Source: Halomicronema hongdechloris C2206
GTDB taxonomy: Bacteria; Cyanobacteriota; Cyanobacteriia; Phormidesmidales; Phormidesmidaceae
DNA: 32,000 nt
Reading direction: 5' to 3'
NCBI RefSeq assembly: GCF_002075285.3
Contig: NZ_CP021983.2
Location: 5,520,001 to 5,552,000 of the forward strand
Shown: positions 1-8,233 of the stretch, piece by piece
Layout of the letters: each line of letters begins with the position of its first letter
Numbering within the stretch: position 1 is the stretch's first letter
The notes under the pieces: generated by a model
The model's input: the letters and a program-made list of their open reading frames with translations, nothing else
Databases searched by the model: none
Told to the model about the DNA's origin: nothing
Made by a program: the position numbers and the translations under genes

Positions 1-803
1 GCGATGCCAGAAATGCCACCGGAGACGGCAAACACCAGCACTTTAAAGGCAGCCGGGTTGTACCCCGAAAAGCGGACCCGGTTTTCATCGTCACGAATGG
101 CCACCAGTAGACGGCCGAAGCGGCCACTGGTGAGCCAGCGGCAGAGTCCATAGACCAGCACCAGGGCCGCCACCGTCACTAGGTAAAAGATGAATTGCAT
201 GGCAGCGCTGCCCACCTCCCGACCTAAAAACACGCTGGTGTCGGTTTTGAGGCCGTTGGTACCGTTGATCAGCTTCTGCTGACCATTGAAGAAGTTGAAG
301 AAAACGACCAGGGCCGCCTGGGTCAAAATCGAGAAATACACCCCGCGAATGCGGTTACGGAAGACCAGATAGCCCAAGAGCCCGGCCACAATAGCGGGCA
401 CTAAGCCTAAGGCGATCAGGGTAAAGGGTAAGGAGTAGAAGGGCTGCCAAAACCAGGGCAGTTGGGTGACCCCATAGAGTCCAAAAAAGTCTGGTAATTG
501 ACCCTCACCTAGGCTATTGAGCTGCAGGTGCATGGCAAAGGCATAGCCGCCCAGGGCGAAGAAGATGCCATGGCCCAAACTCAGCAGCCCGGTGAAACCC
601 CAAATTAAATCGATGCCCAGGGCGACGATGGCCAGGGCCAGGAAGCGCCCCAGCAGCCCTAGGCGAAAGCCGGTGAGCAGCAACGGCATCAGTAAGGCCA
701 GCACCAGAGCGATACTTGCGATCGCACCGAGCTCAATCACCAAGCGACGCTTACGACTGGCACTCACCGAAGGACGCGGTTGCGAAGAGGTGTTTACAGT
801 CAT
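1..803 (-). CDS. urtC: Urea ABC transporter permease UrtC (about 267 N-terminal codons; the 3' end runs off the left edge)
   Basis: Not in the ORF track because it is truncated by the window edge. My translation of the minus strand from ATG 803-801 reads MTVNTSSQPRPSVSASRKRRLVIELGAIASIALVLALLMPLLLTGFRLGLLGRFLALAIVALGIDLIWGFTGLLSLGHGIFFALGGYAFAMHLQ..., a LivM/UrtC-type permease. It starts 6 nt after the urtB stop, and the gene order is urtA-urtB-urtC. Confidence 0.85.
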   Translation of the reverse strand, partial: MTVNTSSQPRPSVSASRKRRLVIELGAIASIALVLALLMPLLLTGFRLGLLGRFLALAIVALGIDLIWGFTGLLSLGHGIFFALGGYAFAMHLQLNSLGEGQLPDFFGLYGVTQLPWFWQPFYSLPFTLIALGLVPAIVAGLLGYLVFRNRIRGVYFSILTQAALVVFFNFFNGQQKLINGTNGLKTDTSVFLGREVGSAAMQFIFYLVTVAALVLVYGLCRWLTSGRFGRLLVAIRDDENRVRFSGYNPAAFKVLVFAVSGGISGI

Positions 804-809
804 GCTGAG

Positions 810-2018
810 TTATGCCTCCACCGATCGACCTTTCTGAGGGAATAACCCCGCCGGTCGCACCTGTAAAAAGGCAATAATTAGGGCAAACACCATCACCTTA
901 GCCATGCTGGTCGTGGCAAAAAACGTGAAAAAGTCAGTCACCGGCTGTAGGGCTTCATTCCCCGTCAGCAGCAATGCTACGGTGCCCGACCCCACCAGAT
1001 ACGTGACAATGCCGATCAACAGGGCCGCCACGATACTGCCCACCAACTTACCGACGCCACCGACCACCACCACCATGAAGGCATCGACGATGTAATTGCC
1101 GCCCAAATTGGGGCCGACAGAGCCCAACAACGTCACCGCACAGCCGGCAATCCCAGCCAGCCCAGAGCCCAGGGCAAAGGTAAGGGCGTCTACCTGCTCG
1201 GTAGGAATGCCCAAACAGGCACTCATGGCCCGATTCTGAGTGACAGAACGCATCTTCAAGCCCCAAGTGGTGCCATTGAGAAACCAGTAGACCGCCACCA
1301 AACAGAGAATGGTCAAGGCAATGATGAACAGCCGGGCCGACGGGAACTGCAGCGTGGCTCCCAGAGACACACCTCCCCGCAGCCAAGACGGCGGTGTCAC
1401 ATCCACATTGCGGGTACTAAACCAGGCCCGGGTAAAGGTAGGGTTACCAGCCCCCTGGACTACCAATCCAGCCACCAGGGCAATGGCAGCTGATAGTATT
1501 GACACCACGGGATTGGCCCAACGAGCAATTCGAGCCCAGTCAGTGTAGCGGCTTAAGATCCAACGTCCCACTCCAAATAGCAGGGCAAAGACACCCAGGC
1601 CGATCACCATGGGCCAATTCACGCTGCGCACGAATTGACGCAGAATCAAACTCACACCCCAAGTGGCCAATAGCGTTTCCAGAGGGCGACCGTATAGAAA
1701 GCGAATCACACTGCGCTCTAGCAGCAATCCCACCAAGGCCGCCACTAAGAAGGCCAAGGGCAGCGCCACCAAGATATAACTCTCAACGGCCCAGTCTCCC
1801 AAGCCATTGGCGCCATTTTGGACCACATAGGTGGTGTAAGCCCCCAGCATCATCAGTTCCCCATGGGCTAGATTAATCACCCCCATCAGGCCAAATACAA
1901 TGGCCAGCCCTAGGGCTACAATCAACAGCACTGCACCGATGCTGATGCCATTGAATAGGCCGCCAACCAAGCCCTCTAGCAACACATCATCTACCCATGA
2001 ACAACACAAACGCATCAA
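810..2018 (-). CDS. urtB: Urea ABC transporter permease UrtB
   Basis: 402-aa polytopic ORF with a LivH/UrtB-type N-terminal block (LLEGLVGGLFNGISIGAVLLIVALGLAIVFGLMGVINLAHGELMMLGAY). It sits between the urea-binding protein gene and urtC. Confidence 0.9.
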   Translation of the reverse strand: MMRLCCSWVDDVLLEGLVGGLFNGISIGAVLLIVALGLAIVFGLMGVINLAHGELMMLGAYTTYVVQNGANGLGDWAVESYILVALPLAFLVAALVGLLLERSVIRFLYGRPLETLLATWGVSLILRQFVRSVNWPMVIGLGVFALLFGVGRWILSRYTDWARIARWANPVVSILSAAIALVAGLVVQGAGNPTFTRAWFSTRNVDVTPPSWLRGGVSLGATLQFPSARLFIIALTILCLVAVYWFLNGTTWGLKMRSVTQNRAMSACLGIPTEQVDALTFALGSGLAGIAGCAVTLLGSVGPNLGGNYIVDAFMVVVVGGVGKLVGSIVAALLIGIVTYLVGSGTVALLLTGNEALQPVTDFFTFFATTSMAKVMVFALIIAFLQVRPAGLFPQKGRSVEA

Positions 2019-2207
2019 TCACTCTGGCGCGGCCAACGGCCCAGGCCGAGTTTCAAGCTATCAAGATTAGCAGTCTCAAAGAGTTCAGAGAAAGCATCTC
2101 GCCCCCCACCGAGGACCTTAGATCCGTTTACCGCCTGGCTATCAGCAGAGGCTGATCACGGCGAGACTGTTATGGCTCTGCAATCAGCCTCCAGGTGCGG
2201 TTGGGGA

Positions 2208-3515
2208 CTAAGCTTCAACTTCGTACTTACCGCCCTTAGCAGGGTCAGACCAGTCGCAGCCGAAGCCTTGGGTTTCAGGAACGTATTGGTTCCAGGGCTG
2301 CGGATCAACCGGCCCATCCGTAGACGAGACAATGTCGAATAGACCGTCATCCCGCACCTGCCCAATCCGCACGGTCTTGGAAATGTGGTGATTGGGATTC
2401 ATGGTAACTGGCCCTTCCGGCGCCGCAAACTCCTGACCGTAGGCGGCTTCTCGCACGGCGGCCAAATCTGTGGTACCGGCAGCTTCGACAGCCTGCTTCC
2501 ACAGGTAGACCATGATATAGGCCGCTTCCATGGGGTCGTTGGTCACCCGATCATCGCCGTATTCAGCTTTGAAGTCGGCTACCCACTGCTCGTTTTCAGG
2601 GGTTTCCACGGTCTGGAAGTAGTTCCAGGCGGCATAGTGGCCGACGAGGAACTCCTTGCCGATCTGGCGCACCTCTTCCTCGGCAATGCTGACAGACATG
2701 ACCGGATACATGTCGGGGGTCATGCCGGCCCCCTGCAACTGCTTGAAGAAGGCCACGTTGCTGTCGCCGTTGAGGCTGTTGAAGATGACCCCGCCTTCGG
2801 GCAAGGCGGCCTTGATCTTGGTGATGATCGGGGTAACTTCGGTGTTGCCCAGGGGCAGATAGTCCTCACCCACCGTGTTGCCGCCCTTGGCCTTGAGTTG
2901 CTCTTTGATGATGGTGTTGGCGGTGCGGGGGAAGACGTAGTCAGAGCCGACCAAGAAAAAGTCACTGCCTTTGTTCTCTAGCAGCCAGTCCACGGCAGGC
3001 TCAATTTGCTGGTTGGGGGCTGCCCCGGTGTAGAAAATATTCTTGGAGCACTCCTGACCCTCGTACTGCACCGGGTACCACAGCATGTGGTCCTTGGATT
3101 CGAACACGGGCAGGACGGCCTTGCGGCTGGCGGAGGTCCAACAGCCGAATACGGTGACCACTTGATCCTGGTCGATTAGCTTCTCGGCCTTCTCGGCGAA
3201 GGTGGGCCAATCCGAGGCTCCGTCTTCTAGCACGGCTTCGATCTGTTTGCCCAGGACACCGCCATTGGCGTTGATTTCCTTAATCGCCAGCTGCTCAGCG
3301 TCGACCACCGTGGTTTCGCTGATGGCCATGGTGCCACTGAGGGAATGCAAGATGCCTACCTTAATGGTGTCGCCGTCTGCCGCCGCCGTGGGGGCATCTT
3401 CTTCACCGCCGGTGCTGTCGGTGGGAGCAGAGCCACAGGCCTTGAGCAGCATCGCCGTTCCTAGGGTCGCCGAGCCGTAGGCCAGAAATTTCCGTCTGCC
3501 AAATCGAGTTGTCAT
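2208..3515 (-). CDS. urtA: Urea ABC transporter substrate-binding (lipo)protein UrtA
   Basis: The ORF is open over 2208..3554. It has a periplasmic-binding-protein fold signature ([43 protein letters not shown]). I prefer ATG 3515, giving [29 protein letters not shown] with a twin-Arg-like RRKFL motif and an LLKAC lipobox, because AGGAG lies 12 nt upstream. ATG 3554 is the alternative start. Confidence 0.9.
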   Translation of the reverse strand: MTTRFGRRKFLAYGSATLGTAMLLKACGSAPTDSTGGEEDAPTAAADGDTIKVGILHSLSGTMAISETTVVDAEQLAIKEINANGGVLGKQIEAVLEDGASDWPTFAEKAEKLIDQDQVVTVFGCWTSASRKAVLPVFESKDHMLWYPVQYEGQECSKNIFYTGAAPNQQIEPAVDWLLENKGSDFFLVGSDYVFPRTANTIIKEQLKAKGGNTVGEDYLPLGNTEVTPIITKIKAALPEGGVIFNSLNGDSNVAFFKQLQGAGMTPDMYPVMSVSIAEEEVRQIGKEFLVGHYAAWNYFQTVETPENEQWVADFKAEYGDDRVTNDPMEAAYIMVYLWKQAVEAAGTTDLAAVREAAYGQEFAAPEGPVTMNPNHHISKTVRIGQVRDDGLFDIVSSTDGPVDPQPWNQYVPETQGFGCDWSDPAKGGKYEVEA

Positions 3516-3580
3516 GGTACCTTTTCGCTCCTGACTCAACTGCACGCTCGCCATTGGCGACGCACACGAACTCAGCTGAG

Positions 3581-3622
3581 ATATTAGAGTCAGGGGTTTT
3601 CACGAAATGTAGCCTGGGATAC
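3581..3622 (-). promoter_or_regulatory. NtcA-activated (class II type) promoter of urtA: GTA-N8-TAC, 22 nt, then TAATAT
   Basis: On the minus strand, GTATCCCAGGCTAC (3622->3609) is followed by exactly 22 nt and then TAATAT (3586->3581). This matches the published cyanobacterial NtcA promoter architecture GTAN8TAC-N22-TAN3T. It lies about 60-70 nt upstream of the preferred urtA start. Confidence 0.6.
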
Positions 3623-3750
3623 AAAACTGCCAGTTCCCTCACTTGAAAGCCGACTGCCATGACCTGACAACCTATGGCGGCTATGCTGGGGTTCGGCTCA
3701 GACAATGGGCTGCTGCAGGGTTTTCACTGTCAACCCCCTGACCAGCCCCC

Positions 3751-4383
3751 TTAGACATTTGAGTCGAGTTTTTTGGCCTCGGTCTCGACAAAACCATGAC
3801 ATCCTATGAAGTCGATGATCGTGTCTAATCCCATTTGGGTCTTCAGATTGGTAAACACAAAGGGCTTGTCCCCTCGCATTTTGCGGCTGTCTCGCTCCAT
3901 GACGCCTAAATCAGCCCCCACCAGGGGGGCCAGGTCAATCTTGTTGATCACTAGTAGATCGGAGCTGGTGATGCCGGGCCCCCCCTTGCGGGGGATTTTC
4001 TCGCCGGCGGCGACGTCGATGACATAGATGGTTAAATCTACTAACTCGGGGCTGAAGGTTGAGGCTAAGTTATCGCCGCCGCTCTCGACGAAGATCAAAT
4101 CCAGGGGCTGCAAGCGCGTTTCTAATTCCTCGATGGCAACTAAATTAATGGAGGCATCTTCCCGGATGGCGGTATGAGGACACCCTCCCGTTTCTACCCC
4201 GAGGATGCGATCGCACCCCAGGGCCCCACTGCGCGTCAAGAACTGAGCGTCTTCTTGGGTGTAGATGTCATTGGTGACTACGGCAATGGAGTACTGCTGC
4301 CGCAGGGCCTTACACAGGGCGTCGACCAGGGCGGTCTTCCCGGAGCCCACGGGGCCTGCGATGCCAACACGAAAAGGAGTCAT
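3751..4383 (-). CDS. ureG: Urease accessory GTPase UreG
   Basis: 210 aa. P-loop [13 protein letters not shown], the metal-binding motif [13 protein letters not shown], and NKIDL. Confidence 0.95.
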   Translation of the reverse strand: MTPFRVGIAGPVGSGKTALVDALCKALRQQYSIAVVTNDIYTQEDAQFLTRSGALGCDRILGVETGGCPHTAIREDASINLVAIEELETRLQPLDLIFVESGGDNLASTFSPELVDLTIYVIDVAAGEKIPRKGGPGITSSDLLVINKIDLAPLVGADLGVMERDSRKMRGDKPFVFTNLKTQMGLDTIIDFIGCHGFVETEAKKLDSNV

Positions 4384-4544
4384 AGACGGTTATTCTCTTG
4401 TGTAGAAAGGGGGGCATGGATCTCGATAGTTATGATTCTAGGCTGCCAACCGAAGAATGCCATTCTAGTCTCATTTTTCCCTGTCTAACATGACGAGAAG
4501 TTGCCGCCTCCACCCTGCATCACATTTCTCCGGGTTTCCACCTC

Positions 4545-5234
4545 CTAACTCCTGAACAGGCGAGAATATAGAGTCTCATGGGTCATGCTGGCCAGGCTAG
4601 GTCCCCAACCGCTGACCACCAGTTGGTCGTCTGCCAGGGTGGGAATCGCCGCCGCCACCTGCGCCAGGGTGGGGGAGAGATCGAGGAGGAGCCGTTGGCC
4701 CACGGTTTGCCCCAGGGGCACGAGTCTGATCGCCGCATTGACCAGATTACTGGCCCAGCTCTGCAGATACCCCAGCATGGCATCCTCGGCATCGATCTGC
4801 CAGCGGACCGCCGCCATGGCAAATGCGATCGCAAAGTGACAGGGCCCCGCCACCGCCGTCACCCAAGGTGCTATATCTGGGTGTAGCGCCTCCAGGGTAC
4901 GCACCAGGGCCCGTCCCATCTGCCAGCTCTGCTGTCTCAACTCAGCGGTCTCGCGCAGGGCCGACAGCCAGGCATTCCAATAGTCCAGGCGCTCTAGCTG
5001 ATGGACCTGGAGGGCCTGGTATCCTCGCAGCATCACAGCTGCCTCCAGCCGCACCGCCCCGTAGCAGAGTTCCTGCTCCAGCCAGTGATATATCTGGTCT
5101 GGGGTCTGCAGCACCTGCCGTTGAATCAGGGTTTCCAACCCCTCCGAATAGCTAAAGGCCCCCACCGGCAGGGCTGGACTAGCCAGTTGCAACAGCCGCA
5201 ACAGCGCCTGGGGATCAGTGGCCATGGTGCCCAT
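4545..5234 (-). CDS. ureF: Urease accessory protein UreF
   Basis: 229 aa. The UreF-type N-terminus is LLRLLQLASPALPVGAFSYSEGLE. It lies between ureE and ureG. The start could instead be ATG 5225. Confidence 0.85.
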   Translation of the reverse strand: MGTMATDPQALLRLLQLASPALPVGAFSYSEGLETLIQRQVLQTPDQIYHWLEQELCYGAVRLEAAVMLRGYQALQVHQLERLDYWNAWLSALRETAELRQQSWQMGRALVRTLEALHPDIAPWVTAVAGPCHFAIAFAMAAVRWQIDAEDAMLGYLQSWASNLVNAAIRLVPLGQTVGQRLLLDLSPTLAQVAAAIPTLADDQLVVSGWGPSLASMTHETLYSRLFRS

Positions 5235-5652
5235 AGGCTCCCGCTTCCGGCTCGAAGGCCGCCACCTCCGCCGTCACCTGCACCCCTAATTGCAGCAGCA
5301 GCTTCTCCAGGACGGGATCGGGTGTCAGCCGCAGATAGGTCGCCGTCACCTCCAAGGGCACGTGACGATTGCCCAAGTGGTAAGCTGCCCGCACCAGTTG
5401 CAACGGCGTGGTCGCCGTCACCGTCAACACCGGCTCTGGCTTGGCCACCACGGTAACTATAGTGTTCTCTGCCGTGGCCAAGCGATCACCGCCCCGCAAC
5501 ACCGTACCTCGCGGCAAATTTAGATACACGGGTCGACCATCGTCTGCCTGGAAACGATGACGCGATCGCACCCGTTCCGCCGCCGTTAACGACAAGGTCG
5601 TCGCCACAGGTCTCGACTCATCTGACGACACTCGGCGAATCAGCACTAACAT
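5215..5652 (-). CDS. ureE: Urease accessory metallochaperone UreE
   Basis: The ORF is open to GTG 5673, but homolog-like sequence begins at ATG 5652 (MLVLIRRV...). Supporting motifs are AYHLGNRHVPLEV and a short His-rich tail (YGHHGH). It overlaps the ureF start by 11-20 nt. Confidence 0.8.
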   Translation of the reverse strand: MLVLIRRVSSDESRPVATTLSLTAAERVRSRHRFQADDGRPVYLNLPRGTVLRGGDRLATAENTIVTVVAKPEPVLTVTATTPLQLVRAAYHLGNRHVPLEVTATYLRLTPDPVLEKLLLQLGVQVTAEVAAFEPEAGAYGHHGH

Positions 5653-6240
5653 CTCACCGGAATTTCCCGCCACACCTCTGATTTTACTGATTGATGGCCT
5701 GATTTTAAGTACCTATGCTGCCGCAGCAGCCCCAAACGCCCACATCAGTGGGCTTGACTCCCCTATCTCAGCTCAGCGTCCTGCCATGACCCCCCATTGA
5801 TGTCCCAGACACTGGCCTATGGGATTAAGACAATTTGCAAACTGGCACGAAATCTCCGGAGTCAGGGGATTGAAGACTGATGTTCTCTATAGATGAACTT
5901 TAATTCACATCCGCGTGAACTTCAGATGAATCGACTGTTTGTTTTCCCTGGGCCCTACCCGTTCCTATGGACATCCAGGATGGTTATCAGGAACGTCAGA
6001 TCTGGCCTTGGATGCGGTTTAGAGTGTTCTAGCTAAAACTCATCCCAGGGCTGGCTGAACCGGCCCAATAGGCTGAGTTCAATCGCCTAGATCAGAATAT
6101 TTGTTGAGATGGAATACTCTTAGCCCCTAATTCCCCAGCGAGTCAATCCAGATCTTTTCACCAGACTCCCAATCGAGGTTGCACTACCCAGTAACCCACA
6201 ACTGTCTGATGTATTTAGGTGTATTCAGGAAAGCCCCCCA

Positions 6241-6819
6241 ATGAGCACACGTTTCGCCGCCCTCCCTTTCACGTCCCTACAGTCTGCCCCTTCTCTGCCC
6301 CCCAATCCCATGACAGCGTCCTCCAATGCATTAACCGCCGCGATTTTGGAGGGATTCAGTGATGGCCTCCTCCTCCTCACCGTAGAGGGTCGCTTGTTAC
6401 ATGCCAATCGCTTTGCCCAGCAGATCTGCCAGGAACTCACCCCAGAGCCAGACACCACCCCGCAGATACCAGAGCGGATTTGGCTACTATGCCACCAACT
6501 GATTGACAGCCGAGACTTATTTCCCGACAACATCATCGTGTTGGAAGATGAATTTACCAGTCCCACAGGGCGTATCATTAGAGCCCGAGTCCAGTGGTTC
6601 ACCTCCAACGGCACTGATAGCCTACTCGTGACCCTAGAAGACCGGACACGACTCTCCAAGAGTGCTGCCCTCTTCGAAGCCCGACGGTTTCAATTGACCC
6701 CCCGGGAGACAGAGGTGTGGCTCCTGCGTAAAGCCAACAACAGCTATGAAGCCATTGCCAACCAACTCTTTATCACCATCAACACGGTGAAACGCCATCT
6801 CAAAGAGCATCCATGCTAA
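6241..6819 (+). CDS. PAS-like sensor / LuxR (GerE)-type HTH transcriptional regulator; the 3' end is apparently frameshifted
   Basis: 192 aa. The N-terminal part is PAS-like (ILEGFSDGLLLLTVEGRLLHANRFAQQI). The C-terminal part is a GerE-type HTH (LTPRETEVWLLRKANNSYEAIANQLFITINTVKRHLK). The reading frame stops inside the last helix (..HLKEHPC*). The +1 frame continues with the canonical ending IHAKRSQVLEEQVS* up to 6853. Confidence 0.75.
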   Translation: MSTRFAALPFTSLQSAPSLPPNPMTASSNALTAAILEGFSDGLLLLTVEGRLLHANRFAQQICQELTPEPDTTPQIPERIWLLCHQLIDSRDLFPDNIIVLEDEFTSPTGRIIRARVQWFTSNGTDSLLVTLEDRTRLSKSAALFEARRFQLTPRETEVWLLRKANNSYEAIANQLFITINTVKRHLKEHPC

Positions 6820-6857
6820 ACGCAGCCAGGTCCTAGAAGAACAAGTCTCCTAAGCGG

Positions 6858-7460
6858 TCATTCTCGAGGCGGCGAACGCTGGCTCAGCTGATCCAAATCG
6901 TGGCGGATCTCCTGCCCTAAGGAGCGGTTATGGGGATCCGTACGCAAAGCCTTATGGAGATAGCGGTTTGCCTTCTCGTACTGTCCCTGGTGGAGCAAAG
7001 AACGGCCCCAGCGCTGGTAAGTAATGGCTTGCCACTGCCGTATTTCTAGATCTCGAGGCATACGTTGGGCCAAGGCTTCCACCAGAGCAATGGCCCGGGG
7101 AAAGCGCTGCTCCTTGAAAAACCGCTGCAGTTGCTCAAAGCTTTGCTGCTTTAGCCGCTGTTCTTCAGGGGAAAGGGTTGGATTCGGCTGCACCTGGGGA
7201 GGAGCCGCCGCTGCAGCATGCGGTTGTTCTGGCCTGACCGCAGTCCTATTGTCTACTGGAGCCTCTATCGGGGAGGGCAACACTTGGCTCAGGGCTCGAT
7301 AGGCCTGAGTAATTTGAATGAAATGCTCGTGGGCTTGTCTATCATCTGGATTCACATCGGGATGATAGCGACGAGCCAACCGCCGATAGGAGGCCTTCAC
7401 CTCTGCGAAGGAAGCTCCTGTCCTCAGCCCCAAAACCCGGTAGTGATCTGCAAGACTCAT
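6858..7460 (-). CDS. J-domain (DnaJ-like) protein with a TPR-like C-terminal region
   Basis: 200 aa. The J domain is DHYRVLGLRTGASFAEVKASYRRLARRYHPDVNPDD, with the HPD motif. The C-terminal region has TPR-like helical repeats (YEKANRYLHKALRTDPHN). Confidence 0.85.
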   Translation of the reverse strand: MSLADHYRVLGLRTGASFAEVKASYRRLARRYHPDVNPDDRQAHEHFIQITQAYRALSQVLPSPIEAPVDNRTAVRPEQPHAAAAAPPQVQPNPTLSPEEQRLKQQSFEQLQRFFKEQRFPRAIALVEALAQRMPRDLEIRQWQAITYQRWGRSLLHQGQYEKANRYLHKALRTDPHNRSLGQEIRHDLDQLSQRSPPRE

Positions 7461-7467
7461 AGATCAA

Positions 7468-7495
7468 ATGGCAGAATTGCTCAGAATTCTGCCAT
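7468..7495 (-). terminator. Perfect 11-bp inverted repeat hairpin (ATGGCAGAATT / AATTCTGCCAT, 6-nt loop) between clpP and the J-domain gene; candidate terminator, attenuator or RBS-masking element
   Basis: Read directly: 7468-7478 is the exact reverse complement of 7485-7495. On the minus-strand RNA the hairpin ends 7 nt before the J-domain ATG (7460) and starts 34 nt after the clpP stop. The flanking U-tract is weak on the minus strand (UUGAUCU) and better on the plus strand (CAUUUUG). Confidence 0.45.
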
Positions 7496-7529
7496 CATTT
7501 TGACGATTTACCTAATCCCTAGCATCGAG

Positions 7530-8156
7530 CTAGGCCTGCGTGGTAGCTAGTTCTTGGGTACGTTCTTCGATCATGCGATCGATCAGCCCATATTCCACGG
7601 CTTCTTCTGCGGACAAGAAGTAATCCCGATCGGTATCTTTCTCGATCTGTTGAATGGACTTGCCAGTATGGCGGGCCATCATTTCATTCAGTTCCTGGCG
7701 CACCCGCAGGATCTCCTTGGCCTCAATGGCAATGTCACTGGCTTGTAGGCGTTGGCGACCGGTCCCTCCCATGGGCTGATGAATCATGATCCGGGCATGG
7801 GGCAAGGCTAGGCGCTTACCAGGGCTGCCAGCGGCCAATAAAAAGGCTCCCATGGAAGCAGCCAAGCCGACGCAAATGGTAACGATGTCAGACTTGATGT
7901 ACTGCATGGTGTCGTAGATAGCCATGCCCGCTGTCACAGAGCCCCCTGGCGAATTGATGTACAGGTAAATGGGCTTGGAGTTATCTTCCGAATCTAGATA
8001 GAGCATGGCGGCCACAATGGAGTTAGCTATGGTATCAGTGACCTCTTGCCCCAAGAAAATAATGCGCTCTTGGTTCAAGCGGGTGTAGATATCAATCCAC
8101 TGGGTATATTGGCTTCCCGGTAAGCGATATGGAACTTTTGGCGTACCTATGGGCAT
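7530..8156 (-). CDS. clpP: ATP-dependent Clp protease proteolytic subunit, catalytically competent (ClpP3-type partner of ClpR)
   Basis: 208 aa. The catalytic triad context is intact: GLAASMGAF (Ser), IMIHQP (His), [13 protein letters not shown] (Asp). Confidence 0.93.
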   Translation of the reverse strand: MPIGTPKVPYRLPGSQYTQWIDIYTRLNQERIIFLGQEVTDTIANSIVAAMLYLDSEDNSKPIYLYINSPGGSVTAGMAIYDTMQYIKSDIVTICVGLAASMGAFLLAAGSPGKRLALPHARIMIHQPMGGTGRQRLQASDIAIEAKEILRVRQELNEMMARHTGKSIQQIEKDTDRDYFLSAEEAVEYGLIDRMIEERTQELATTQA

Positions 8157-8233
8157 AGTGCTTTCCCAACCTCAGACTAAGTCAATGGGGTATTCAATCA
8201 ACAAGAGCAGGCTCTCAACCCAGAGCCAAACGG

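Noticed and set aside
2385-2981. A 198-aa plus-strand ORF, together with similar long ORFs at 5001-5456 (+), 6225-6659 (-), 10175-10582 (-) and 29335-29847 (-).
   Set aside because: All lie antisense to, or out of frame within, well-supported conserved genes (urtA, ureE/ureF, the LuxR gene, the vWA/epimerase genes, rpsM). Their products are low-complexity and Pro/Arg/Gly-rich, as expected for shadow ORFs in GC-rich coding DNA. None has a recognisable motif.
5893-6036. A 47-codon ORF (MNFNSHPRELQMNRLFVFPGPYPFLWTSRMVIRNVRSGLGCGLECSS) in the ureE-LuxR spacer.
   Set aside because: It has no Shine-Dalgarno sequence and no recognisable motif, and it spans the imperfect palindrome. There is no evidence beyond being an open frame.
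6211-6224. GTA-N8-TAT, a near-NtcA box upstream of the LuxR gene.
   Set aside because: The second half-site is TAT rather than TAC. The element ends only 17 nt before the ATG at 6241, which leaves no room for the N22 spacer plus a -10 box unless the downstream Met at 6310 is the true start. This is too speculative.
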